Positions 1-13,861 are shown, numbered from the stretch's first letter. The stretch: DNA of 64,000 nucleotides from Narcine bancroftii (GCF_036971445.1 NC_091480.1:87606001-87670000), one strand, 5' to 3'. Notes: generated from the letters alone by a model not told the origin. Translations and numbers: made by a program.

Positions 1-162
<162 letters not shown>

Positions 163-679
163 TCAGTCCAATGGATCCGTGGTAACTCCGATCAGAATAA
201 TCTCAACAGCCCCAATCCATTATCTCCCATACTCCCCTTTGGATTTTTTTCCCCCACTCACCAAGCAAAATCAATGAACCAAAGACACTGCCTAACTTTG
301 ACTTTTCATGCACTTTTTAAATTTATTTTTTGTAAGGTAATTTATATGAATTGGTTGCAATGTTGATGCTGACACAAAACATTTTGAGATTTGAGACTTG
401 TTCATGACAATAAATTCAGATTCTGATAATGAGACAAATTACAGTAGCCTATTAACCCACATGAACAGTTTTGGCATAAGGGCACCTTCTGGAAACCCAC
501 AGGATCATAAGGAGAATGTACAAACTCCCAATAGCAGCACCCAAGATCAGCGTCAAACCTCAATCTGTGGAGCTGAGGCAGCAGTACCAACTTTCCCACC
601 CTTTGTCCATTCCCATCACTAGATCTCAATAAACCAGTAAAACAAATGAAGTATTATTTTCAAACTAACACTTTCAATA

Positions 680-1125
680 CAGTAAAACCCCAATATCCAG
701 CATGTATGGGGACTGGTAGATGCCAAATAAGTGTGTTTTCCGGATGCCTGAGACTTAATCTTAAAATGCCTAATACACCTGCATTAATAATAAAGTTCAA
801 AAGACAAAAATACTGCACTGTACTTGCAGTTCGGCGGGAAGCAACCTCCTTTGAAGAAGACCACAGAGCCCACCTCACTGACAAAAGACAAAGGAGGAAA
901 AACTCAACACCCAACCCCAACCAACCAATTTTCCCTTGCAACCGCTGCAACCGTGTCTGCCTGTCCCGCATCAGACTTGTCAGCCACAAACGAGCCTGCA
1001 GCTGACGTGGACATTACCCCTCCATAAATCTTCGTCCGCGAAGCCAAGCCAAAGACTTACACTGAACAAACTTCATTTGTATGAATATATAAATCTTAAA
1101 GCATTTTACTTTATTTTCCTTGACA
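680..1125. mobile_element. Tc1/mariner-pogo (Tigger-like) non-autonomous element fragment, apparently interrupted by an RTE copy
   Basis: TA|CAGTAAAACCCC terminus; 680-752 is homologous, in reverse orientation, to the right end of the MITE at 27833-28026. Right boundary uncertain. Confidence 0.55.
827..1055 (+). mobile_element. RTE-clade LINE, 5'-truncated 3' end
   Basis: Encodes ...FEEDHRAHLTDKRQRRKN...CNRCNRVCLSRIRLVSHKRACS*, with 3' tail cgcgaagccaagccaaaga; near-identical to three other copies in the window. Confidence 0.9.
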
Positions 1126-1969
1126 TTCTTTGAAATTTAACCGCCGCTGCATCTGCCGTCCAAAACACAAACAATAACATAATAATTAATCCCCCCCCCC
1201 CACAAAATTTACAGATAAAGCCTCTAATTGGGATGATTCTTTCTAAGCAGGGATAAGGAGACACTTCATCAGCGTCAACCCAATAGCTCTTCATCCTGGG
1301 CGACACCATTGCTGTTTCACACAACTTTACTCAAACAATTACTTTGATTTTGTTTCCCCCCGCGATCTTTCTTGCTAGTTGCTTGAGGCTGCTGGTTGCT
1401 TGGATTCCAGATACCAGCGGTACCTCTAACACATTCCATATTATTGAAACTGAACTTCACAACTGTGAATTACCCTATGCAATTGTACAACTAAAATGCA
1501 ATGTTATGGTTTACATGTTACACAATCAAAAAATTTGAACCTATTTTTAAATTAAAAAGAGGTGTTGCAATTGAACAACCTATGAGAAGCCAGAGGAACT
1601 CGAGTCAGGCAGTATCCATAGAGATAAAAGGTCAAGACCCTTTTAAGACTGCTCATTTTTCTCCATGGATGTTGCCTGATTTACAGAGTCCCTCCAGCTT
1701 CTCATTGGTTGTTCAAGATTACCGCATCTGCAGTTTCTTGTGTCTCTGTATGTTGCAATTGAGGTTTTTTTTAAAGCAGTGAAATGTATTTGAATATCCA
1801 ACTTATTCTGCACAGAAAATGTAGTTGCATTATTCAATATTTATAAATTGAAATATCAGCCTTCTCACATTGTTGATATACTGTAAACCTGCTGATTCTG
1901 GAAAAAAGCTTCATGAAATATCAATGATTTTGTACCCAGAAGTAAAATAACTTCCAATAGCCCATAATC

Positions 1970-2220
1970 TAAATTTAGACGTACAGCATTAATGCAGTAC
2001 ATTAACAGCCCTTCCAGTCCCCCATGAGCCCATGCCACCCAAAAACACCCAATTAACCTATAACCCCCCCCCCATCCGAATATTTTGAAGGGTGGGATGA
2101 AACTGGTGCTCTTGGAGAAAACCCACGACGTCATTTGGAAAGCAAATAAACTCCTTGCAGACAGCGCCAGATTTAAAACCAGATCACTGTAATAGGTTTG
2201 CGCTAACCGCTATGCTAATT
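1970..2220 (-). mobile_element. tRNA-derived V-SINE (HE1-like)
   Basis: Reverse complement of the SINE family typified at 17963-18215. Confidence 0.75.
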
Positions 2221-3144
2221 CACTCACAAAGTCAGAAGAGGCTTTGTACTGGGACATCCAAAGTCAATTTTTAATCCTTTTGTTATCTTCACTAGAGATT
2301 AGAAGTCTGCTGAATATATTGCCAGGATTGAGTGGGATAAAGCACATCCTCCAACTTTATATATGGTACTCAACATTCATATTGCTTAAAAACTACATTT
2401 TAGCAAAATCCAGTAGACAAGGCAAAATTTTCGGGATATAGTCAGAGAAAGGCCAAGGAAATTCCTGACCCCTGGACATATGGGTAAACAGTTTTAGTCC
2501 ATTCATAGTGGATGATGCTGACAGGACCAGAACCCCTAACTAGCCTCAAAGTGGTGATAATAAATGGTTAGCTAGGTAGCACTTAGATTTTTACATAGTA
2601 GGAGAGGCATTTTTCACAAGTTATGGTATTGTAGGAAGATATTTGAAGAACATTTGAAAATGGTGATGCTCTCAATCTCTAACTCCCCTTATTTCCCTTC
2701 TCACTAATATCCAATATCTGAAGGTTTGATGTCATTGTGGAATAAATCCAAGCAAAGTTGTTTCCAATTAAATTGGATACAAAGCTTGATATTTTGCCCA
2801 GTAACAGCAAAATGAGTTCCCAGTGATAGCTGAATAAAGAAAAGTGGAGCGGATTCCAAACTGATCCTGCAAAAAAAAAAAAGTACATGTAACTGTTGAT
2901 TTTTTTTAATCCAATTACTTTCGGCAGCCCTGAAATATCTATCTTGCTCACATGTAACATGTTGCTTTAAATCAATCACTAATCCAACATGTATACAAAC
3001 TCCAATGCTCTAAACAAGTTGAATTGCAAACTACAAATCTGAGATGCCAATTTTCCAGTCAAGTTAAATAGCTACCAATGTCATAATAAAAGTAAATAGG
3101 CCATCCTACCCAGATCTGTTCTGCCTGGCCATTAAAATACAGCT

Positions 3145-4245
3145 AGAAAGTGAAACACAAAAGCCGTCAGATGCTGTGATTTTAGTAAAAACACAAAAAT
3201 GCTGGAGGAACTCAGCTGGTCTCGCAGTGTCCATAGGAAATAAAGATATATTACCAATGTTTCAGGCCTGAGCCCTTCTTCAAGGTACAGTATAAGCAAA
3301 GAACAGGAAAGTGTCAAAATAAAGACTGAAGAATGTCAGGGTGAGGAGTCCAGACCAACAAAAGGTGGTATTGGATACAAGAGGAAAGGTGAGAATTGAT
3401 TTTGGCTCTGATAAAAGAAAGAGCAGGAAAAAAAGAGGAAGAGAAAAAGTGAAAAGACTGGGTGGGGGGTGATTTTAAATAGTAACCAGAGAAGTTAATA
3501 CCATCTAGTTGGAGGGTGCCCAGGTAATAGATGAGGTGTTGTTTTTCCAATTTGCAGATGGTCTCAGTCTGGCAGTACACAAGACCATGGACAGACACGT
3601 CGCCAATGGAATGGGGAATTAAAATGGTGGCCAGTGGGAGATCCATACTATTGTGGCGGACAGAGCCGAAATGCTCATCAAAGCAATTTCCCAGTCTGCG
3701 CTCAATCTTTCGATGTTCAGAAATCCAAAATGGGACCATTGGATACAGTAGATGATCCCGGCAGATTTACAAGTGAAATTTTACTTCACTTGGAAGGACT
3801 ATTTGGGGCCCTGAATGGCAGTGAGGGAGAACATGTGGACACAAGTGGAGCATCTCCTGCAGTCACAGGAATAGGTGCCAAATGGACAACTGATGGGGAG
3901 GGAGGAGTGAACAGGGGCCTCACAGAGGGCGCAGTCTTTGCAGAAGGCAGAGGGGAGGAGAGGAGAATATGGGAGAGGGCAGCAGTATCTGGCGTGGTGG
4001 AAATGGTGGAGGAGGATATCTTGGACATAGAGGTTGGTGGGGTGGTAGGTGAGGACAAAGGGAATCCTGTCCTTGTTGTGTATGGGGGCAAAGGGGGCCA
4101 GGGCAGATGGCAAATGGAAAATATGCAAGGGAGGGCCAAGTTGATGGTGATAGAGGGAAAACCACATTGTTTGAAGGAGTTCATCTCTGATGATCTGGTG
4201 TGGAAAATCACATCCCAAGATGACAAGAGAAATTGAGAAAAGGGA
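3145..4245 (-). mobile_element. Penelope-like element (PLE) fragment: RT C-terminus, GIY-YIG remnant, terminal repeat
   Basis: Frames give NKDRIPFVLTYHPTN and KIERRLGNCFDEH...VSVHGLVYCQTETICKLEKQHLIYYLGTLQLDGIN, typical of vertebrate PLE ORF C-termini; terminal-repeat motif gctggaggaactcagc at about 3200. Confidence 0.8.
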
Positions 4246-6149
4246 ATGAATGCCATATGAAAATATGGCTGTTCTGTGCATTTACAGACCCATTTCCTCT
4301 CAGTTCAGCGCTTATGTGATGAATACGTATCAAAGACAATTGTAATAGTATCCAGAATATCTGGAGGAAGAGAATAGGGAATGAATTAGATTTTCACACT
4401 TGTAAAAATGAGATCCCCGAATCACCTAATTATATCAAGCTGCATTTCCTTCCTTTATATTTTTGCACAGGAGCAATTAATTTCTTCAAGTATTCCATAT
4501 TGAATACTGCTCACCCTATATAGCCATATCAGCTCATCCCAACCTGATAAGAGCAAAGGCAATACAAATGAAAAACTTGAATTTGTAAGGCATAATTTTG
4601 CAGTGTCAAGAAAGTCTCCCGAAGCATTCCACAAGATATTTTTCAGAATTGTGATCCATTCATCCTTCAACCACCTTTATAGTCCAAAATGTCCATTATA
4701 CTGTGTGAAACTGAGCTCAATGTTGCAAAATGGACTGCCCTCATACTTTCTAAAAGACTACAAATTAGGCATAGTTGAAAATTATGGAATAGGCTCAAAT
4801 TAGTCTCATCTTCCTGACAATTACATAAGAAAATAAAACAGGTCTTAATAGACAAGTTGAGAAATATTCCTAAGTTCATAACAAGCACCAAAGCCATTAC
4901 CCAAACAGCATCTTAAACTGAACAGAACTATTCACAATCTTAATAATATCATATCATTTCTGCCCTACATCTTCTCCAAAAGCTACTTACATTCTCTATG
5001 ACATCACCTATTCCCAACCAGTTCTCAGCGGCCTTGTTGTCCCCAAATTTGAATCTGATGATTTTATAGCCCTTAGTCATTGACCTGGGACAGCAGCAAC
5101 TCAATGTTAAAATTCCTAACTCAAGAGTTCAATTCCCTATAATGGGCTTAGACATCTCCATCCCAGTAACTTCACTCCTCCAATAATTCCATGTTCTTGC
5201 AATCCAACAATTTATGTGCTCATCATTACTTCACCACAAATTTGAAGATCCATAATTTCCGACTTAAATGACAAGCATTTCACCTTTCAAGATATTCCTT
5301 GATATCTATTTTATAAAGCTTTTTAAGCCAACAACGACATACCTTCAGTCCTGCCTATTCATTCTACAGAAACATTACTGAATCGTTTTTTTAAAATACT
5401 ACCCAACTGCCCACGTTTAATTTCATCTCAATTTAATCCATCTACACCTCAGTACCAGCAGCACGTTAACAAAAAAAATGGGAGTGGGGGGGAATATTAA
5501 GTCTAACATAATTTTGTTTAAAACTGCATATTAGTGAATAGTTTTGCAGATATGAGGTTACAGCTTTACTAAAATCAACAAGAAAACTTAAGTCGACATG
5601 AAAACAAAATACACCTTAACCACCCGCCAATCTTTAAGTAGATTCAGCACCTTTCAAGAGCAGATTCGCTCATTCTGCGCCAGATCTAGCAATTTGGCGG
5701 AATTTCATAAGCAAACAGAAACCAAGGCGGCGTTCTCAAGCTGATGCCCTACCCATGGTAACCACATTAGCAACTCGTTACCCTCAATATGCATTTCGTG
5801 GTCATAAGATTTTCTTTTATAATGCAAGGATTTTTATTGATCCAGTTCTGCTTTCGCGTAACAGTTGCTGGGATAAAATGCCACATAAGAGGATTTTTCA
5901 TACAATGAACAGTCAACAGGGCCATGATGCAACCAGCGAGCTGCCAAATAGTGCTCATTCAACCTCTCCTTGTGCCAAATACCGTCCTAGACAAACCACA
6001 CAATGAAGGACTCTGCCCGGGTTCAAACATTGATCCATCACAGAACTTTTAACTCCAAGTGCATATTGATCGGGTTTAAATGCAACGAGAGGCTTTTAGA
6101 AATTAATCTGGTTTCTACAATAGACCTCTTTTTGGCAGCAGGGCCATCG

Positions 6150-6614
<465 letters not shown>

Positions 6615-7914
6615 TCAGGAGTACGATGGGGGTATTCTGCGTCTAGGCATGAATTCACCTCTAAACCACACCACATCAAAAAGATTGAGACCTGAATCTG
6701 GACCACACACAGGTGCAGCTCACTCTGGCTTCTAGGTCACCAAGTGACCTTCACCACCCAGGCAAGGGCGGCAAGCACATGGGAAAATACAACCTCAACA
6801 CAATCAGCCTAAATAAGAATAGATTTTTCTGTAATTACACACTTTACTTCACACAGATAAGAGGTGATTGAATCTCCCAACACTTGAAACTGTACTGCTA
6901 AGGGGAAAGGCTTTTGATCATCTAGTCTTGCATGATCTTGGGATATTCTGGGCTATTAAGGTGGAATTACTTCTGCAGTGTGGGAAACACAGCGAGCCAT
7001 TTGCAGCCAGCATCGAATAGCAGGTCATTTGTTGCTCATGTAAATTGGACGGAGGCTGCAGCGATGTGAGAGAGAGATAAAAAAACTGGGGAACAAAAGT
7101 TTTGGGTCAGGCCCCTGCGCCGAGATTGAAGGGAGAGGAGATGGTCAGTAGAAAGGGAGGAGGGCGGGTGATAGGAGGAATCAGAGGTGGAGGGGGGGGG
7201 GCAGTGGGCAGATGAGGCCAGGGGAGATGTGGATTCAGGAGGCAGCAAGAAGTGGGGAAGATAGAGACAGAAAAGGAGATAATAGGGGTCCAGAATGGAC
7301 CAACGTTTGGGGGCAGGGGAGGGTCGAGGTAGATACAGAGGCTGGAAATTCAGCGATTGTTCCAAGTATTCATCTAATGACTTGTCCAAAAGCCAATACT
7401 CCACCTATAAAACTTGATAACGTGCTTGAAATGGAAAAGGATTTGAACAATATTTAGATTCAGAGAAAAATGTCTGAGCTGATATTCACTGTTCTCGTTT
7501 TTAAAATCTGTTAGTTTATGTGTATCACATTGCATGCCATACAACTACAATTAAACTATCTAGTTATTTTACTCAATCATAGTATCTGAATTTTTCACAA
7601 AAATAGCAAATATTGCACATCACTTCTGGAGCTGAAGTAGACGGTGTACTTCTTTCTTGAACTTATGTAATGCATGTACTGAATGCACTTACACAGCGCA
7701 ATTGAATGCAAACTCAGGTTGTTTACCATGATGATAACGGAATACTTTGGGGCAAGATCCTTCACCAAGATTGAAAGAGGGGAGATAGTCGGTATAAGGG
7801 AGGAGGCAGGTGATAGGAGGAATAATGAGCTGATGAGGCCAGGCGGGACATGGATTCAGGAGACAGCAGCAAGTGGGGATAGATAGAGACAGACAAGTGG
7901 TTTTTAAATTTAAC

Positions 7915-8146
7915 TTTTTTAAAATTTAGACATACAGCACAGTAACAGCCCTTTTGGCCCATGAGGCTGGGCTGCCCAATTACACCCAATTGACTCTCAA
8001 ACCCCATACATTTTTGAACAGTGGGATGAAGCTGGAGCACCCAGAGGAAACCCACGCAGACATGGGGAGAACGTACAAACTCCTTACAGACAGTGCCAGG
8101 TTCAAACCCTGATTACTAGCACTGTAACAGCTTTGTACTAACCGTT
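7915..8146 (-). mobile_element. tRNA-derived V-SINE (HE1-like)
   Basis: V-domain reverse complement (gagcacccagaggaaacccacgcagacatggggagaacgtacaaactcc) with tail aaatttagacatacagcac. Confidence 0.85.
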
Positions 8147-8722
8147 TTCCATTTACAGAATGGAAATTTAGAATACCTATGTTCCTATGCATTGTTGCCA
8201 TCTTTCTGTGGAGATTGTGCACTCTGGGAGATGCTGCCATGGTGTGTAATTGCAGTGCATCTTGAAGAGGATACACATTTGGACTACTGTAGTAGGAACT
8301 GAGTGTTTTATCCTGAATAGTTTTACATTTCTTGAGTATTGCTGGAACATTATTGAATGTTTTCATCTCAATCCTGAGTTAATTCCTATCTAGGGTGGAA
8401 AAGCTGAGGTTCCAGAAATGTCATTCCCAATGAATTCTTAGGATCTGCCTTGCTGTTATAATCACTCTACTTATGTGGCATGTTTGTTCATTTATCTTGG
8501 TTGAAATGTATGCCCTTTCAAAATCTCTACAATATAATACATAATACATTTAGAACATTTTCTTGGAAGATCTTCAATGCATATTTTGAAAAGCAACCAC
8601 TATATATAGAACTACATTCTAGAATAGTTTTAGATAAACTGTAGACAATTCAATCAAATAGCTGAAAAGGCAAACATATTTCTGATGAAGAAATTGTATG
8701 TACTTTAGGTAACAAACAATAA

Positions 8723-9281
8723 CACTGGACTTTTATTTCAAAAAGTTTGCTTCCAGAAAAAAATTGTGATTGTGATAGACAACTTCAAGCTGAACACAAA
8801 GTTAATTTCAGATTTTTTTTCTATCACGTAGGAAGTTGGAGAAACATTAAATTAACTTTTATTGAATTGAGCATGTTTCATCGCATAATACATTGTGTTA
8901 GTTCATCTGGCCTAAAAATGTTTTGCCACTGATTTCATTTGTACTCAATAACTGATGCTTCTGTGTCAATGTCAAACAATAGTTGGCCAGCATTGATCGA
9001 TTCGAGTGGCCCTGATGCCACTTTTCCATGGTCGCAATATCCTGGTGAAACTTTTCACCATGTTCGTCACTGACCACACCAAAATCGGCAGGGAAGAAGT
9101 CCAAGTGCGAATGCAGAAAATTAACTTACAATAACTTCAATACTGAAGTAGACTTAAAATCATGAAAATAGGTTATAGCTCAAAAAAAGGTACGTGTGAG
9201 GAAGATTTTAAAGTGATTTTTATGATCAGCAACCAAAATCCATAAAATACACCCAAGAAGCAAAATCTTCATTGTCCAGTA
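8723..9281 (-). mobile_element. Chapaev3-type (CMC) DNA transposon, internally deleted
   Basis: Termini CACTGGAC...GTCCAGTA flanked by TAA on both sides (8720-8722, 9282-9284); transposase C-terminal remnant DFFPADFGVVSDEHGEKFHQDIATMEKWHQG...MLANYCLTL. Confidence 0.8.
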
Positions 9282-9719
9282 TAATTTGGATTAAATAGGG
9301 ATACGGTGAAAGTTGGAGGGCCATGAAAGTTCTACTTCTTGTGAATTCAAGAGTTAAAATGCAAAACAGCATCCTCTTGTGATGTTGCCATTCATTCTCT
9401 TTTATATTTATTATTAAAAATGCTACTTCAGGTGGAAATGCATTTATCAGAATAGCACAATGATGCAGCTGGTGGAGGGAGCTGTGGCTTCCATCTCCAC
9501 AGACACAAAATTGATCCCGGCCTCCAGTGCTGTCAGTAAACAGTTTGCATGCTCTATATTCATGACCCTGTGAGTTTTCTACAAGTTATCTGGTTTCTTC
9601 CTACATCCCAAAGGTGTGCTGGTATGTTAATTAGCTGTCATAAATTTCACCTTGTGTGTAGGTGGGTGGTAAAATCTGTGAGAGTTTATTGGAATTTGAG
9701 GGCAATAAAATGGGATTGG

Positions 9720-10260
9720 TGTAAAACACAAAAGTCTGAAGACACCGTGGTTGAAATAAAACACAAGGTTGGAGAAACTCAGTAAGTCAGACAGTGTACT
9801 TTATGTAGAGCAAAGATACATGACCAACGATACGGGTTTGAGCTCTTCAAGGTATGAAACAATGTAGGCGGGTGCCCGAACAAAATGATGGTGGGAGGGA
9901 GGGGCAGGGGGAGGAGCGCAGTCCCAAAGTCAAGAGGTAATAGGTGGATAAGGGAGGGGAGGGCACACCAGCAAGCAGAGATAGGAGGGAAGACTCTGTG
10001 AATGAAGGGGGTGGACAGCTGGAGGAAAGAAGACAAAGGGAAGGGAGGGAGAACGGAGAGTAGGCTAGCAGAAACCAGAGAAGTCAGTGTTAATGCAATC
10101 TAGTTGGAGATTACCCAAGAGGAGAATTAAGTGTTGCTCCTCCAGAGTGGGGCATGGAATTGAAGTGGTTGGCTTCTGGGATATCCCTCTCACTAAAGCA
10201 GACAGAGAGAAGGTTCTCAGCAAAGCGATCTCCCAGACTACATCCAGTCTCTGATGTAGA
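9720..10260 (-). mobile_element. Penelope-like element 3' fragment
   Basis: Same terminal repeat (aagtctgaagacacc...ggagaaactcag) and body as 3145-3700, more decayed. Confidence 0.7.
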
Positions 10261-10598
10261 GTAGGAATGGTGTTGTGTAGGTGGGCCTGTTGTGTATTGT
10301 ATGATTCTATATTTAACTTACTTTCAAGAACATTGAGACTCTTTTTCTGAGGAACAGCAAAGAAATTAAAACAAGATAAATCTTATTTCTATCACATTCT
10401 AAACTGAACACTTTTGTAGCTATTGAGTCATACATATTTGCATATTGCATTTTTCAGTAAACATCTCTCTTCACGGGTTAAACAAATTGGATTATTCATA
10501 TTGCTAAAGCAGTTAAAGAATGTAATTTTAAAAAATAAACTATTCAGCATTATCTCAATTGATACATTTACCATCAATAATATTTCTCTATCTGTGTT

Positions 10599-11072
10599 TT
10601 CTTTTTTTTCTTTGGCTTGGCTTCGCGGACGAAGATTTATGGAGGGGGTAAAAGTCCACGTCAGCTGCAGGCTCGTTTGTGGCTGACAAGTCCGATGCGG
10701 GACAGGCAGACACGGTTGCAGCGGCTGCAGGGGAAAATTGGTGGGTTGGGGTTGGGTGTTGGGTTTTTCCTCCTTTGCCTTTTGTCAGTGAGGTGGGCTC
10801 TGCGGTCTTCTTCAAAGGAGGTTGCTGCCCGCCAAACTGTGAGGCGCCAAGATGCACGGTTTGAGGCGATATCAGCCCACTGGCGGTGATCAATGTGGCA
10901 GGCACCAAGAGATTTCTTTAGGCAGTCCTTGTACCTTTTCTTTGGTGCACCTCTGTCACGGTGGCCAGTGGAGAGCTCGCCATATAACACGATCTTGGGA
11001 AGGCGATGGTCCTCCATTCTGGAGACGTGACCCACCCAGCGCAGCTGGATCTTCAGCAGCGTGGACTCAATG
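10599..11072 (-). mobile_element. RTE-clade LINE, 5'-truncated, with 12-bp target-site duplication
   Basis: Intact frame LLKIQLRWVGHVSRMEDHRLPKIVLYGEL...CSRCNRVCLSRIGLVSHKRACS*; TSD tctatctgtgtt at 10587-10598 and 11073-11084. Confidence 0.93.
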
Positions 11073-11289
11073 TCTATCTGTGTTACCCATGGCATAATTA
11101 TAAAAGCATTTGTGAAGAAAATGAACTAGAATTTTCTTAATACTTGTAACCAGTCAAACACAGTCAGGACTTGGAACAAATTTTCAGTCTAAATGATGTT
11201 GCCAAGAGTGAGTTAAGAGCATTAGACTATTGCACACACTTCTTCATCTTTTGAAATAGGCTTTTTCTACTTAGATTGGGGGGGGGAGA

Positions 11290-11535
11290 TAAATACGAGA
11301 GGTCATGATTTTAAGCTGAAAGGGGAGAGGTTTAGGGGGAAGTATTTCAGTCAAAGGGTGGTGGTAGTGTGAAATGAGCTATCTGATGTGATGAATGCAG
11401 ACTCGATCGTGTGTTTTAAGAGTAAATTGGATAGGTACATGAATGTGAGAGGACTGGGGGATGATGTTTGGCACAAACTAGAGGGGCTCAATTGCCTGTT
11501 TTCTGTGCTGTAGTGTTCTATGGTCCTATGGTTTT
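11290..11535 (+). mobile_element. CR1 LINE 3' end fragment
   Basis: TRGH-type motif (acgagaggtcatg), ttggataggtacatg and tail ctgtgctgtagtgttctatg. Confidence 0.7.
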
Positions 11536-12006
11536 ATTTACCGACCTCCGTTGGCTCAATGTCCAAACATCAATTGAACTAGATTGTTCAATCAGATTTT
11601 TCAAATGTAAACTTGCAATTGTATGTGATTTCAGAATCTCTTCAATTGTCTACTGACTTTCAGAAAGATAGATAACTGAAATAGGTTTCAATCTGCTGAT
11701 CTAGACTGAATTGAAGCTATGTTTATAGAATATACTGCAGCATAGTATAGGCCTTTCAGTCCTCGAAGTTGTGCCAACCTATTTATTCCTCCAAAAAAAA
11801 TGAAACCTTTCCAACCTCATAACCCCCTATTTCTCATATTTTGCTGATACAGAAAACGATTCTGCATTTGATTTTACAAATATAAATTTAATTTTTGATG
11901 GAAATTAATGAAAAACCACAGAAATTAGCCATTTAGCTCAATATTCTATGAGAATCTCCAACCATTTGACCAGAATAAAAAGGGAGATATTGAACTGGAG
12001 GAAAAC

Positions 12007-12590
12007 AGGAGTTTGTGGAGGTTTGGTATGACACCAGAAACCCTGGCAAATTTCTACAGATGTGTGGTGGAAAATGTGTTGACTGGCTGGGGGCACCAAT
12101 GCCCCTGAGCATAAAGCCCTTGAAAACATAGTAGACACAGCCCAGGACATCACAGGCAAAACCCTCCCCACTATCGAGAACATCTACAGGGAACATTGCT
12201 GTCGGAGAGCAGCAGCGATCATCAAGGGTCCACACCACCCAGCACACGCTCTGTTCTCGCTGCTGCCATCAGAAAAGAGGTATAGGTGCTGCAAGATTCG
12301 CACCATCATGTTCAGGAATGGCTGCTCCCCCTCCACCATCAGACTCCTCAACAACAAATTCAATCAGGGACTCATATAAGGACCTTTACTTGTGCACTTT
12401 ATTGATTTTTAAAATTCTCTCTGTATTGCGCAGTGACCTTGTTTACATTCATTATCTGTTTACAGTTCTTTGTTTATATGTATATGGTGTGTATAGTTTT
12501 TTTTTGCACTACGAACAATTCAGCCTTGCCAAAAGAATAAAGAATCTCAGGGATGTATGTGATGTCATGTACGTTCTGAAATCTGATCAC
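12007..12590 (+). mobile_element. Rex1/Babar-like LINE 3' fragment
   Basis: Decayed RT C-terminus (RFGMTPETLANFYRCVVE...IIKGPHHPAHALFSLLPS) plus 3' tail. Confidence 0.7.
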
Positions 12591-13429
12591 CCAAAGAGGT
12601 TTCCATTCTGCAAGGACTTTTGTCATTGCAATAATTTGGAGTTTGCCTTCAAATGAATTACTCAAGGTACATCAAGGAGAAGACTCACATTGGATCTGTA
12701 ACTGCTGCCTTGTTCCTTTAATCTGAGCGTTCATTACATGCAAAATTTACATAATCGAGGGAGGATGGATGACTTTTCTGGATGTTAAGAGACAATTAAT
12801 GGACTACATCTAGATTTGAAAGGTTCCTTTCAGGCCTCAAAAAGATTCATAAACTTTTATATTCAGCTGAATTTGCAGTTGTACATCCTGCATGCGAATG
12901 AACACCATACAGTGATTTTTCCAAAGCATTTATTCTGAAATTCAATTTTAACACTTAAACTCAGCTTTGATGTCCCAGTGGAAGAATGAGGTCCACCTTT
13001 GCTTCATCTCATAATCAAGACCCAGCACAATTCCATTTCAGTTGGCAAGAATAGCCCACCACTAACAGGCAACATCCCCACTTCCAGAAGAAAAATGAGT
13101 GAGTAGTGTAGGAAGCTTCTCCTTTGGATTCTCACTTGCCCCAAAGGCAAAACAAGCCCCTTCTCTGGCTGCTTCCTTGTTCTGTCGCACATGAACTTAA
13201 ATGGAAAGATGGGGAGAGACAGACAGATGCCAGGTTGACAAATAGGGACCCTATTGCAGGTCCACACACGTCATATATTTCTCAATCAGGTTGTGCCTTG
13301 AATCATAAGATAGAAATCTGGAATGCTTTGCACAGTCTGCTGATGGAAAGGTACAGCCCACACTGGTACTGGCCCTGAGGAGAGTGCAGCAGATTTGTAT
13401 CATTTATCCATTTGATCAATTTCTGGTCT

Positions 13430-13861
13430 GTGGCAGCACATGTTTGGGTAAAACAATAGTAAGGGCTAGTTGAGGTAGGCAAGCACACTAAATTCCTTGG
13501 TGTACACCTGGCGGAGGATCTCTCCTGAACCCCCAACACCAGATCCATTGCCAAGAAGGCCCAACAATGCCTTTACTTCCTGCGGAGGTTGAGGAAAATT
13601 CAGCTTCCACCCTCACTACATTCTACAGGGGATGCTTTGAGAGCATCTTATATAACCATATAACCGTTTACAGCATGGAAACAGGCCATGTCGGCCCTTC
13701 AAGTCCGTACCGGTTCACTTGAACAACTCCACTAGCTCCTCTGTAAACTCCTGAGCAGATGTTCAAGGGAGAAAGCACAGAACACTGCCTGGTTCAGGAA
13801 CTGTTCCATCTCAGAATTCAAGTCCATACAGCGGATAGTAAAGACTGCTGAGGGGATTATT

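Noticed and set aside
3634-4236. 200-aa plus-strand ORF
   Set aside because: Antisense frame of the Penelope fragment.
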